This document shows positions 1-8,220 of a stretch of DNA of 64,000 nucleotides, piece by piece. The stretch is from Bdellovibrionota bacterium (GTDB lineage: Bacteria > Bdellovibrionota_G > JALEGL01 > DATDPG01), in assembly GCA_035292885.1 (NCBI GenBank), contig DATDPG010000019.1, forward strand, positions 59,570 to 123,569, in the 5' to 3' direction. Position numbers and translations under genes: made by a program. The notes below the pieces were generated by a model. That model did not search any database. It saw only the letters and a program-made list of their open reading frames with translations, and had not been told where the DNA came from. How positions within the stretch are numbered: position 1 is the stretch's first letter; every line of letters starts with the position of its first letter.

Positions 1-500
1 TAGGGAAGGGAAGAGGCCATGATCGTCGTGTTGATCTGCAGCGGGATGCCGAACTCGTGCGCCCAGTGTGTCGCCTCGATGGTTCGGTCGAAAGCTCCCG
101 GGACCCCGCGGAACTCGTCATGCAGTTCGGCCCTCGGAAAATCGAGACTGAACGCTACCTGATCCAGGCCAGTTTTTTTAAGGTTTCGGATGAGTTCGCG
201 AGTAAGCGTGGGTGCCGCTGCCGGAATCGTTCCCATGCGCAGATCGCGCTTTTTCCCGTGGGCGATCAGCTCGAACAGGTCGGGACGCTTGACCGGATCG
301 CCGCCGCTCAACACCATGATCCGTGTTCCCATATCCGCCACTTGGTCCAGGAGATTTTTCCCTTCATCCGTGGTCAGTTCGTTTCGGGATCGGAGCGGCT
401 GCGCCATCGCCCGGCAATGTTTGCAGACGAGATCGCACGCCTGCGTGGTTTCCCAAATGGCGAGAAACGGAGCGACCGAAAAATCGAGCGGTGCGGGCAT
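1..500 (-). CDS. Radical SAM/SPASM-type enzyme (NirJ/AhbD-related), N-terminal part; gene runs off window start
   Basis: Open-ended, so absent from the ORF track. Reverse translation from ATG 500..498 gives MPAPLDFSVAPFLAIWETTQACDLVCKHCRAMAQ...VLSGGDPVKRPDLFELI...LHDEFRGVPGAFDRTIEATHWAHEFGIPLQINTTI. It has the CX3CX2C radical-SAM motif and the GGDP SAM-binding motif. The ATG shares one base with the TGA of the upstream porin gene. Confidence 0.8.
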   Translation of the reverse strand, partial: MPAPLDFSVAPFLAIWETTQACDLVCKHCRAMAQPLRSRNELTTDEGKNLLDQVADMGTRIMVLSGGDPVKRPDLFELIAHGKKRDLRMGTIPAAAPTLTRELIRNLKKTGLDQVAFSLDFPRAELHDEFRGVPGAFDRTIEATHWAHEFGIPLQINTTIMASSLP

Positions 501-1849
501 CATAAGCTGAACTTCACCTGCGTGTAGGCAAAGTAGGCCAGATCAAGGCCGATCACATGATCCATATAGGCTCCGGGGAAGAAGAGGCCGCCCAGAGCTT
601 CGAGATGAACATGATCGTTCACTTTCAGCGCCACGAGGAGATCGAGCTCTTCGCCCGCGTGAAGCCCGGTCTCGGTAGGGGGCGAGGCCTGACCGGCCAG
701 GGGCAATTCCGTCGCAATCGAGTAAAGCACGTCGTTCTGATCCACACGCCAAAACGTATGGAGATCCGATGTGAACGTCCATGCGGCGGTTGGTTTCCAA
801 GAGAGGCGAAAGACGCCGGATTGAACGTTTTGTCTTCCGAGAATATCCATGTACCCGAGCCATCGATGTGCGGTCGGGAAAAGTTGATGGAAGCGGGTGA
901 ACGTCGACGTCGACGAGTCGTCTCCGGAGGCGCGATTGTATTCCAAACCGACACGAAGCCCTTCGCGCACGGCGAACGTATAGCCGGTCTCAAGGTCCAA
1001 CATATACGCCCGCATGTCCTCGCCGCGGTGTTCGCCCACCTGGAACGCTCCTTCAAAGCGGCCGTCGACCAGGCCTACAACAAATTTTGTCCGCGCTCCC
1101 AGCGTGGCGAAGTTAAATGTGGTGGGGGAGCCTGCACGATCGTCACGGAGCCAGAGGGTGTAGAAATCCAGAGCCTTCATCGGCTCGGGAAGCCCGATGC
1201 CGGCGTACGCACCCGCGAAGTCCGAGCCGCCACCGATTCCCGAATCCGCAACATCGCTCTCTCCCAGTTTTGAATAAAATGCGTCGATCCAGTGAGCGTT
1301 CCGGTGAAAGCGAACCAGCGCCGCATCGAACGAGCGACCGACGTTCGAAAAGTCGACGTTTCCGATCACCACGGCATCGCCGTAGTTCATCTCTTGCCGG
1401 CCGACTTTAAGGAGGAGCTCGGGATTCATATCCCACTTCACGTAGGCTTGGTGAAGTGAGAGGTCCCGATCCTTTAAGGCGCCACTGGTCGACGTTCCGC
1501 CTGTGATCGTTCCGCCCCCGCCGATGCCGGCTTCCGTCTGTCCCCAAAAGCCTGAGAATTGCGGTTGGATGAATCCCTCAAGGGTGGCCATGGGGCGCAA
1601 CGTTACGTTCATTCGGATTCGCGATCCGATGAAACGTGATCCGTCATCGGTCGTGTTTGAAAAATCGGAATTCTCCCGGCCTTCATATCGAAAACGCGCT
1701 TCCCCGCCGAGTTCCCACTTGGGCGGTGCCGCGGGTTGCGGAGAAGGAGTGGGCGTCGGAGCCGCAACTTCCTCCAGTGGTTTCGTTTCTTGAGCGTGAA
1801 GACGTGCAGCGATGAACAGGAAAGCAACGAACACTGCGCTGTTGTTCAT
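500..1849 (-). CDS. Outer-membrane beta-barrel, alginate-export (AlgE-like) porin family
   Basis: Likely start is MNNSAVFVAFLFIAARLHAQE (signal peptide), in an ATGA overlap with the upstream CBS gene. Motifs WELGGEARFRYEGRENSDF and VGRQEMNYGDAVVIGNVDFSNVGRSFDA resemble the alginate-export family. Amphipathic strand pattern throughout. Confidence 0.65.
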   Translation of the reverse strand: MNNSAVFVAFLFIAARLHAQETKPLEEVAAPTPTPSPQPAAPPKWELGGEARFRYEGRENSDFSNTTDDGSRFIGSRIRMNVTLRPMATLEGFIQPQFSGFWGQTEAGIGGGGTITGGTSTSGALKDRDLSLHQAYVKWDMNPELLLKVGRQEMNYGDAVVIGNVDFSNVGRSFDAALVRFHRNAHWIDAFYSKLGESDVADSGIGGGSDFAGAYAGIGLPEPMKALDFYTLWLRDDRAGSPTTFNFATLGARTKFVVGLVDGRFEGAFQVGEHRGEDMRAYMLDLETGYTFAVREGLRVGLEYNRASGDDSSTSTFTRFHQLFPTAHRWLGYMDILGRQNVQSGVFRLSWKPTAAWTFTSDLHTFWRVDQNDVLYSIATELPLAGQASPPTETGLHAGEELDLLVALKVNDHVHLEALGGLFFPGAYMDHVIGLDLAYFAYTQVKFSL

Positions 1850-2259
1850 TCGACATCCCAAGACAACGTGAGGAAATCGGCTTCCGTGACAATCCCGACC
1901 AAGCGTTTTTCGTGATTGATGACCGGCAGACAGCCGACTTTGGTGTCGAGCATCAAAGCGGCCACTTCACGCAGATCGGTCTCCGGTGTCGTGGTCAACA
2001 CTTTCTTCCGCATGATCTCTTTCACGATGACATGCGCAAAAATTTCCTCTTGCCGGTTCTTTGGAAGACGGGCCAAACTGGAAACGGCGGCTTTTAGAAG
2101 GTCCCGATGCGTGAGCATTCCGACGACGTGTCTGGACTGATCCACGACCGGAACATGGCGGATCCGCTGCCAGCGCATGAGGTCTTCGGCCAGATCGAGC
2201 TTGTCGTCCGGATGGACGAAGAAAACTTCGGAAGTCATGATGTCTTTGACTTTCTTCAT
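1846..2259 (-). CDS. CBS-pair domain protein
   Basis: 137 aa with two CBS repeats: VKDIMTSEVFFVHPDD...HVPVVDQSRHVVGMLTHRDLL and VKEIMRKKVLTTTPETDL...GCLPVINHEKRLVGIVTEADF. Confidence 0.85.
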   Translation of the reverse strand: MKKVKDIMTSEVFFVHPDDKLDLAEDLMRWQRIRHVPVVDQSRHVVGMLTHRDLLKAAVSSLARLPKNRQEEIFAHVIVKEIMRKKVLTTTPETDLREVAALMLDTKVGCLPVINHEKRLVGIVTEADFLTLSWDVE

Positions 2260-2356
2260 ACGAGTTCCCCGGTATCATGATGTCTCGAGGGTCGGTGCGA
2301 AAGTATGACTTGGATCATGTTGAGAAGAGTGAATCGGACCGCGGAGACACAGGCGA

Positions 2357-3553
2357 ATGAAGCCCATACCCATTACTGAGACCCACGGGACACCGGCTTC
2401 AGAGCACGCCATTGATCCGTACCGCGTCTTTTTCCCATTGGGCGTGGTGGCCGGCCTGGTCGGAGTCGGAATCTGGCCCCTTTATGCGGTCGGGTGGATT
2501 TCGACGATTCCATCGTCCATCCACGTGGAGCTTCAGCTGCAGGGCTTCCTATTCGCGTTCGTGCTGGGTTTCTTGATGACCGCGCTTCCGAGATTTTCGC
2601 TCACGTGGCACGCGACGTGGCCGGAGCTCGCCTGGTTTTCCGGCCTGTTCTTGATCGGAAATGTGGCCACCGCGTTTGGATATTTTCCCATCGGCCGAGC
2701 GGCATATCTGATCAATATGATTTCGCTGGCGATCTACGCCATTCGCCGTTTTCGGAAACGGAAATCGGATCCGCCTCCTGAATTTGTATTTGTAGGCGCG
2801 GCTCTTTTGATCGGTTTGTTCGCCGCGACTCTTCGCGTGGCGGGACTGTTCGGCTTCATGGAGTCCGGCGCCGAAGTTTTCGGGCGCAGATTGATGTCCG
2901 AAGGCATGATGTTGATGCTCGTCCTGGGAATCGGAGGCAAGCTCGCTCCGATGTTTTTCGGTTTCGACGCCACCTCTCCGCTCATTTCGAAGATGGGGGA
3001 GGGCGTCCGTTTTACGCGGAAACATCTTGCCTATCTTGGGATCGCGCTGGTTCTTCTTTTTTCTTTTGTCGCGGAATACGCGGTCTCCGAAAAGATCGGC
3101 CTCTGGCTCCGGGCGATCGCGGCGACACTGATTTTCTTGGGAACCATGAAGCTCCATCGCCGGACAAAAACCAAAGGGGTCCTGGTGGGAGTGCTGAAAT
3201 TTTCGTCCTGGGCGGTCTGCTTGTCGCTCTGGGGTTCCGCCATTCATCCGCGATATCGCGTGGAGGTCTTGCACGTCATGTTTATCGGCGGATTTGGAAT
3301 GATGATTTTGGCGATCGCCACGCGCGTGATCCTGTCCCACGGAAATTATCCTCTGGATCTAGAGCGACGATCGAAGTCTTTGTTCTTCGCCGCGTTTCTT
3401 CTGTTCGGCGCGCTGATTTGTCGTGCGATCGCGCCGCTATTTGTGGACGCGTATTTCCCCCTCCTCGGATTGGCCGGAACCTTCTGGCTTTTCGGCCTCC
3501 TCCTTTGGGGCGCACTCTTTTCGACCCGCACGATCGTCGTTCGGAAAAAATAA
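2357..3553 (+). CDS. nnrS: NnrS-family polytopic membrane protein (haem/copper, NO-stress associated)
   Basis: 398 aa and hydrophobic throughout (about 12 TM). The segment IHVELQLQGFLFAFVLGFLMTALPRF resembles the conserved NnrS N-terminal His...TAxP motif (from memory). Confidence 0.6.
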   Translation: MKPIPITETHGTPASEHAIDPYRVFFPLGVVAGLVGVGIWPLYAVGWISTIPSSIHVELQLQGFLFAFVLGFLMTALPRFSLTWHATWPELAWFSGLFLIGNVATAFGYFPIGRAAYLINMISLAIYAIRRFRKRKSDPPPEFVFVGAALLIGLFAATLRVAGLFGFMESGAEVFGRRLMSEGMMLMLVLGIGGKLAPMFFGFDATSPLISKMGEGVRFTRKHLAYLGIALVLLFSFVAEYAVSEKIGLWLRAIAATLIFLGTMKLHRRTKTKGVLVGVLKFSSWAVCLSLWGSAIHPRYRVEVLHVMFIGGFGMMILAIATRVILSHGNYPLDLERRSKSLFFAAFLLFGALICRAIAPLFVDAYFPLLGLAGTFWLFGLLLWGALFSTRTIVVRKK

Positions 3554-3555
3554 AA

Positions 3556-3583
3556 GGGAGGAAGAGGTTTCCCTCTCCCTCCC
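3556..3583. terminator. Imperfect GC-rich hairpin between convergent genes
   Basis: gggaggaagagg-ttt-ccctctccctccc lies directly after the nnrS stop, between convergent nnrS and hsp20. Pairing is imperfect. Confidence 0.4.
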
Positions 3584-3605
3584 TTCGGAGCATCAGTCAG
3601 TCAAG

Positions 3606-4115
3606 TTACTCAGCGGTTTTCAGATGGATGGTCTTCCGCTCAGTTTTGGCCGCGTCAGTCTTGGGGAGAAGAACCGACAAAACTCCTTTCTTAAATACGG
3701 CTTCCGCTTTATCGGCTTTCACCTCACAGGGAAGCGGAATCGAACGATAGAAAGATCCATAGGCTCTTTCAGCCCAGTAATAATCTTTCCGTTTCTCCTC
3801 GACCTCGGATTTCTTCTCGCCTTTGATGGTCAGCGTTTCGTTGGTGAGAGAAATCTCGATGTCCTTCTCGTCCACTCCCGGAAGTTCAGCCAACACCTGG
3901 ATATCCTTTTCGGTATCCTTGACGTCGATCTTCGGCGTGTAAGCCTCCACGCTCTCCGTCATGTAGCGGAATTGAGTTGGCATGAAGTCGCGATATAACT
4001 CGTCGAACATGCGGCTCATCAGGCGCGGCATAGCGAAGAACGGAGACTCTTCACCGAATCTCTTTCGAGGCGCTTGCGACTCTCGAAGAATCGGGATGAC
4101 ATTGGGTAGTGCCAT
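3606..4115 (-). CDS. Hsp20/alpha-crystallin small heat-shock protein
   Basis: Alpha-crystallin domain: DVKDTEKDIQVLAELPGVDEKDIEISLTNETLTIKGEK...YGSFYRSIPLP...AVFKKGVLSVLLPK. Confidence 0.9.
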   Translation of the reverse strand: MALPNVIPILRESQAPRKRFGEESPFFAMPRLMSRMFDELYRDFMPTQFRYMTESVEAYTPKIDVKDTEKDIQVLAELPGVDEKDIEISLTNETLTIKGEKKSEVEEKRKDYYWAERAYGSFYRSIPLPCEVKADKAEAVFKKGVLSVLLPKTDAAKTERKTIHLKTAE

Positions 4116-4392
4116 TCAAGTCTCCTTTCTTTTCTTTGGTTGACGTTTGACAGCCCGTTACAACCCGCAAACTTTTTCTACGTCCGAAAAGAGAAAATTC
4201 ACTGACATGTGTCATGGTTTTTGATAAATATTAACATCAAATATGTGCCGTAATTTCAACGACGGCGGGCCGAATCGCAGGTAGCTGCACGAATCGCCAC
4301 GTCCTCCGTCCCTAGAACCGAAAAACCGTGAGACAAATCAGTTTTGTTTCTGGCGGGATGCGCAGAATGACTTCAATTACAAGGGAGGTCGT

Positions 4393-4863
4393 ATGTCGAC
4401 GTATCGAGCTCGGGATATAATGAAGCGCGACGTCATGACCGTGCCGGAAGATATGACCGTTCGCGAACTCGCCACTTTTCTGATCGAAAACCAAATCAGC
4501 GGCGCCCCCGTGACCAATAAGAGGGGGAGGATCGTCGGCGTCGTATCGATGCGCGATATCGTTGGCGTGGACGTCGACCGGCCCGACTCGGTGTCCGGCT
4601 CGCGCAACCGCCCGGAATTTTACGACATGTCATGGGACAACATGAATTTGATCGACGAGGTTCCGCAGATGCACATTGAGCGGCAGGGCATGCTGGTCGG
4701 AGACGTCATGAATTCCGCGGTTTACAAGGTTCACCCCGACGCTCCGGTTCGAGACATCGCACAGACGATGCTCCAGGCGAAGATTCATCGGGTGATGGTC
4801 ATGAACGGCGGAGACCGTCTAGAGGGTATCGTCACGACGATGGATCTCCTACCTCTGATCTAG
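4393..4863 (+). CDS. CBS-pair domain protein
   Basis: ARDIMKRDVMTVPEDMTVRELATFLIENQISGAPVTNKRGRIVGVVSMRDIV plus a second CBS repeat VGDVMNSAVYKVHPD...HRVMVMNGGDRLEGIVTTMDLL. RBS AAGGGAGG lies upstream. Confidence 0.85.
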   Translation: MSTYRARDIMKRDVMTVPEDMTVRELATFLIENQISGAPVTNKRGRIVGVVSMRDIVGVDVDRPDSVSGSRNRPEFYDMSWDNMNLIDEVPQMHIERQGMLVGDVMNSAVYKVHPDAPVRDIAQTMLQAKIHRVMVMNGGDRLEGIVTTMDLLPLI

Positions 4864-4873
4864 TTGATCACGC

Positions 4874-4912
4874 AAAAATAGCCTTGGGCTCCTGCCACCC
4901 AAGGCTATTTTT
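4874..4912. terminator. Bidirectional rho-independent terminator
   Basis: Perfect 15-bp stem aaaaatagccttggg / cccaaggctattttt with a 9-nt loop and A/T tracts on both sides. It sits between convergent genes. Confidence 0.8.
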
Positions 4913-4953
4913 GTGTCAGCTTAGCCCGACTAGTTCCCCCTTGTATTACCGGA

Positions 4954-5436
4954 CTAGGCCGCTTCTTTTTCGGCGTTGTGGACCTGGAACTTATGCCACC
5001 GGACCGTGAGCACCGGGCACAGGGCGTTTCGCACCACCCTTTCGGCTACGCTGCCCATCACAAAGCGGTCGATTCCCGTTCGTCCGTGCGTTGACATCAC
5101 GATCCAGTCGGCTCCGGAGTCGTCCGCTTCGTCACAAATCATCTGCGGAACCGAACGATTCGTGGATACGACCACCGACGTCACCTTTACGGGCGCCTTT
5201 AACTCCTGAATGTACTTGTCCATTTCTTTCCGCGCCGTATCGTTTGTCTTTTGTTCCAGATTTCGTCCCGGCCAGAGCGAATCCTCGCCGTAGATCACCA
5301 AACCGCTCAAATCCCGGACGTGAACCAGGCGCAATTCGGCGTTAAAGGCTTTACATAACTCCATCGCTTGTTCGGCCGCTTCTTTTGAAGCATCGGAAAA
5401 ATCAATGGGTACCAAAATTTTCTGGATCATGGTCAT
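4954..5436 (-). CDS. Universal stress protein (UspA family)
   Basis: KILVPIDFSDASKEAAEQA...LRLVHV...WIVMSTHGRTGIDRFVMGSVAERVV is the classic Usp ATP-binding signature. Confidence 0.9.
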   Translation of the reverse strand: MTMIQKILVPIDFSDASKEAAEQAMELCKAFNAELRLVHVRDLSGLVIYGEDSLWPGRNLEQKTNDTARKEMDKYIQELKAPVKVTSVVVSTNRSVPQMICDEADDSGADWIVMSTHGRTGIDRFVMGSVAERVVRNALCPVLTVRWHKFQVHNAEKEAA

Positions 5437-5875
5437 GGGAGGCTCCTTTCTGTAGATTAAGTTTCTTTCCGAGCGCCGCCTGAACGAGGGCTACAAAATC
5501 GACCTCAGTGACGATTCCCACGAGCTTCCCGTTCTCAATTACCGGAAGGCAACCCACCTTCTCCTTAGCGATCAGTTCCGCGGCCATCTCGAGCGGCATA
5601 TCCGGACTTGCGGTTACGACATGGCTTCGCATCAGATCACGAACAGGAATGTGCGCGTTTAGATTCTTTTGATGATCGGGATGGGGATTCGCAAAACAAG
5701 AAATGGCCCCCCGCAATAGGTCCCGGTGAGTGACCAGGCCGACCAACCGACGATTGTCGTCGATGACGGGAATGTGGCGGATTCGATGCCATTTCATAAT
5801 CTCCTCCGCCATGTCGAGCGTTTGATTCTCGAGCAGTGTAAAGAGATTCGTGGTCATGATGTCGGAAACTTGCAT
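5402..5875 (-). CDS. CBS-pair domain protein
   Basis: VSDIMTTNLFTLLENQTL...HIPVIDDNRRLVGLVTHRDLL and VRDLMRSHVVTASPD...GCLPVIENGKLVGIVTEVDF. Its end overlaps the usp start. Confidence 0.85.
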   Translation of the reverse strand: MQVSDIMTTNLFTLLENQTLDMAEEIMKWHRIRHIPVIDDNRRLVGLVTHRDLLRGAISCFANPHPDHQKNLNAHIPVRDLMRSHVVTASPDMPLEMAAELIAKEKVGCLPVIENGKLVGIVTEVDFVALVQAALGKKLNLQKGASHDHDPENFGTH

Positions 5876-5983
5876 CGTATACCCAGAGATAGAATCCCGC
5901 TTCGGGCTCGGTATACTATGATCCCCATCATAGACGGATGACTGCAGCGCGTTAGAAAGAGAAATTCCTATAGGAGGTGTGAA

Positions 5984-6427
5984 ATGAGATGCAAAGATCT
6001 CATGAACGGCAACGTTCGTTTCTGCCGAGAATTAGACCCCATTCATCTCTGCGCAAAGCTGATGCGCGATCATAATATCGGTTTTGTCCCGGTTCTGGAT
6101 GTGAACGATCGGGCGGTTGGAGTGGTCACCGATCGGGACATTACGTGCCGCGTTGTGGCCGTACAAAAATCGTTCGCACTTCCGGTGCGCGAGATCATGA
6201 CGCGACATCTGTTATCGTGCGGCGCGGAAGACGAACTCGGGTACGCCGAGGCCAAGATGAGCCAGCAAAGAAAGTCGAGAATCCTCGTCATGAACGAGGA
6301 AGGCAAAGCGGTGGGCGTGATCAGTCTGTCCGATATCGCCCGTGCGGAGCCTCATCGGCGTTCCGGGCGCGTGCTGGAAGAAGTCACGCGCCGAGAGGGC
6401 AGTTCGCGCCCGGTCGTCGTGATCTGA
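5984..6427 (+). CDS. CBS-pair domain protein
   Basis: CKDLMNGNVRFCRELDP...GFVPVLDVNDRAVGVVTDRDI and VREIMTRHLLSCGAED...ILVMNEEGKAVGVISLSDI. RBS AGGAGG lies upstream. Confidence 0.85.
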   Translation: MRCKDLMNGNVRFCRELDPIHLCAKLMRDHNIGFVPVLDVNDRAVGVVTDRDITCRVVAVQKSFALPVREIMTRHLLSCGAEDELGYAEAKMSQQRKSRILVMNEEGKAVGVISLSDIARAEPHRRSGRVLEEVTRREGSSRPVVVI

Positions 6428-6489
6428 CAAGGCTATTGCGGCATCCCTTCGACATGGGCCCAAGCGCCCTTGCCGAGGGGATATCGATA

Positions 6490-8175
6490 TCAAGAAGGAC
6501 CCGAAAACTGGCTGACGAGCGTTTCTAGTTGCTCTGGTTTCATCTCGAGATGCAAGCTGACGCTATGTTTCCGCTGGTCGACGGGCTGGCAGACGACAAC
6601 TTTTCCTTTCAATAGAATCCGCTGAAACGTGTGAGGAAGGTGGATTCGAACGAAAACCGTTTCACCGGTCTCTACGAAACGTTCCGACTCTATGAACATT
6701 CCGCCATGTTTCATGTTCCTTTCGAATTCCACCCGAAGCGCGTCGGCGGTCATAAAAAAAACATCCAGGACAACAAGATCAGGTTCATTTCGTTCCTGTT
6801 GTTCGGACGGGTCGTGGTCTTGAAGGTGGTTTTGGATGTAATGATTCAGAGCGGCAATGCCGGATTGTGGAATCTCCGTGAACCGGAGCGCGGCGAATGT
6901 TTTTTTGTCTTTCGAGACCTCATAAAGAAGCCGGCCGACGCCACGAACCTGGGCGTATCCGGCGCCCAGGTGAACGACGACGGGATATTCCTGCCCACGC
7001 CGGGGGACCAACCCTTCCCACTTTACGAGCATTCCGCCGCAACTTAGCTCGCGAACTTCGAATTGAACCTTTGCCCGCTGGACCGTGTCGATGAGGTCCG
7101 TTTGGATCGCCGCCGTTTCCGTGGAAATGCGCGGATGCTTTCGGCGGTCGGCTTGGGCGAGCAAAGATTCCAGATTGGAAGAAGCGTTGGCGGCAGCCCT
7201 ATCGGCTTTGTCCGAAGTTCGAAACTCATTCAATTTAGCCGTCCATTCTGCATCCAGGACTCGTAAGCGATTTGTAAAACGCTCATGAAAATAACCGGTT
7301 ACTTCCGTAAGTTCCGTCAACGGCTGCTGGGAAAAGTGAACGTGAAATAAATGCCGCTCAAACTCGTCCACGGTTTTGAAACGCATCTCCAGTTCTTTGC
7401 CCAATGCACGATTGAAAAAGATCCGAAGAACGTTTTCATCATTTGAGCTTCGAACCAGATCTTTGCAGGGAAGGCGAGGGATCGAACCCTCCTCGATCGC
7501 GCGCGTTAGGTCAATTTTGCTGGTCCCTTCGAAGGGGCGTTGACCGAAGAAGAGATAGAACGCCAAGACGCCAAGCGAGTAGATGTCCGTTCCGGTGCTG
7601 GGTGCCGCACCTTTGAAAACCTCAGGGGGAAGAAAAGCGAGCTTTCCAAAGTGTCGGTGTGTGGCATCGGCAAAGCTTTCCTGCCCGGCGCTTCCAAAAT
7701 CGACGATGCGGATCGTGCCGTCCTGAGCGATCATCACGTTGTCCGACGATAAATCGCCATGGAACAGAACGGAATTCGAGTTCTCAAAGATGGACGTTCG
7801 GTGAAGATAACGGAGGGCCTGGCAACAATCTCGGATCAAATAAAGGGAAAGCGGCAGGGGCACTTTTTGTCCCGCCTGCTGATAATCGTCGATCAGTTGC
7901 TGAACGCTTCCGCCAAGCAAAAGCTCCATGACCAGGAAGTACGTGTCGTTTATCCGTCCTTGATCGAGAATGGGAAGGATGTTGGGATGGCGCAATTTCG
8001 AACCGATCCGAACTTCACGAATAAAGTCCGCCACGGCCTGAGGTTCATGAACTCGTTCGGCTTTCAGGCATTTAACCGCATACGGCTGTTGATCCTTTAC
8101 TCCAAGGTAAACATTGGAGAGCCCCCCTTCGCCGATCTTGTGGATTAGATGGTATCTGCCGAGACGAGGGGGCAT
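6490..8175 (-). CDS. Hanks-type Ser/Thr protein kinase fused to two C-terminal PilZ-like domains
   Basis: Kinase motifs: IGEGGLSNVY (G-loop), YAVKCLK, HGDLSSDNVMI (atypical catalytic loop), VDFGSAG, LPPEVF. C-terminal region: RRKHPR...ELSCGGMLV (PilZ RxxxR / DxSxxG-like), then a second PilZ-like beta-barrel segment HGGMFIESERFVETGETVFVRIHLP. Confidence 0.8.
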   Translation of the reverse strand: MPPRLGRYHLIHKIGEGGLSNVYLGVKDQQPYAVKCLKAERVHEPQAVADFIREVRIGSKLRHPNILPILDQGRINDTYFLVMELLLGGSVQQLIDDYQQAGQKVPLPLSLYLIRDCCQALRYLHRTSIFENSNSVLFHGDLSSDNVMIAQDGTIRIVDFGSAGQESFADATHRHFGKLAFLPPEVFKGAAPSTGTDIYSLGVLAFYLFFGQRPFEGTSKIDLTRAIEEGSIPRLPCKDLVRSSNDENVLRIFFNRALGKELEMRFKTVDEFERHLFHVHFSQQPLTELTEVTGYFHERFTNRLRVLDAEWTAKLNEFRTSDKADRAAANASSNLESLLAQADRRKHPRISTETAAIQTDLIDTVQRAKVQFEVRELSCGGMLVKWEGLVPRRGQEYPVVVHLGAGYAQVRGVGRLLYEVSKDKKTFAALRFTEIPQSGIAALNHYIQNHLQDHDPSEQQERNEPDLVVLDVFFMTADALRVEFERNMKHGGMFIESERFVETGETVFVRIHLPHTFQRILLKGKVVVCQPVDQRKHSVSLHLEMKPEQLETLVSQFSGPS

Positions 8176-8220
8176 CTTCGATGCATTATACCCCCGCTTA
8201 AGACGGAGAGGATATCGTAC

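Noticed and set aside
57-527. 156-aa plus-strand ORF (and nested 190..510, 323..505 ORFs) at the window start
   Set aside because: It lies antisense to a minus-strand frame that translates into a clean radical-SAM N-terminus (CX3CX2C, GGDP). The plus-strand product is Arg/Ser-rich with no motif. This is a typical high-GC shadow ORF.
4235-4250. Sigma-54-like GGCAC-N-TTGA sequence upstream of hsp20 (minus strand: cGGCACatatttGAtg)
   Set aside because: The spacing is one nucleotide short of the GG-N10-GC rule, and the -12 element is TGA rather than TGC. It is not convincing.
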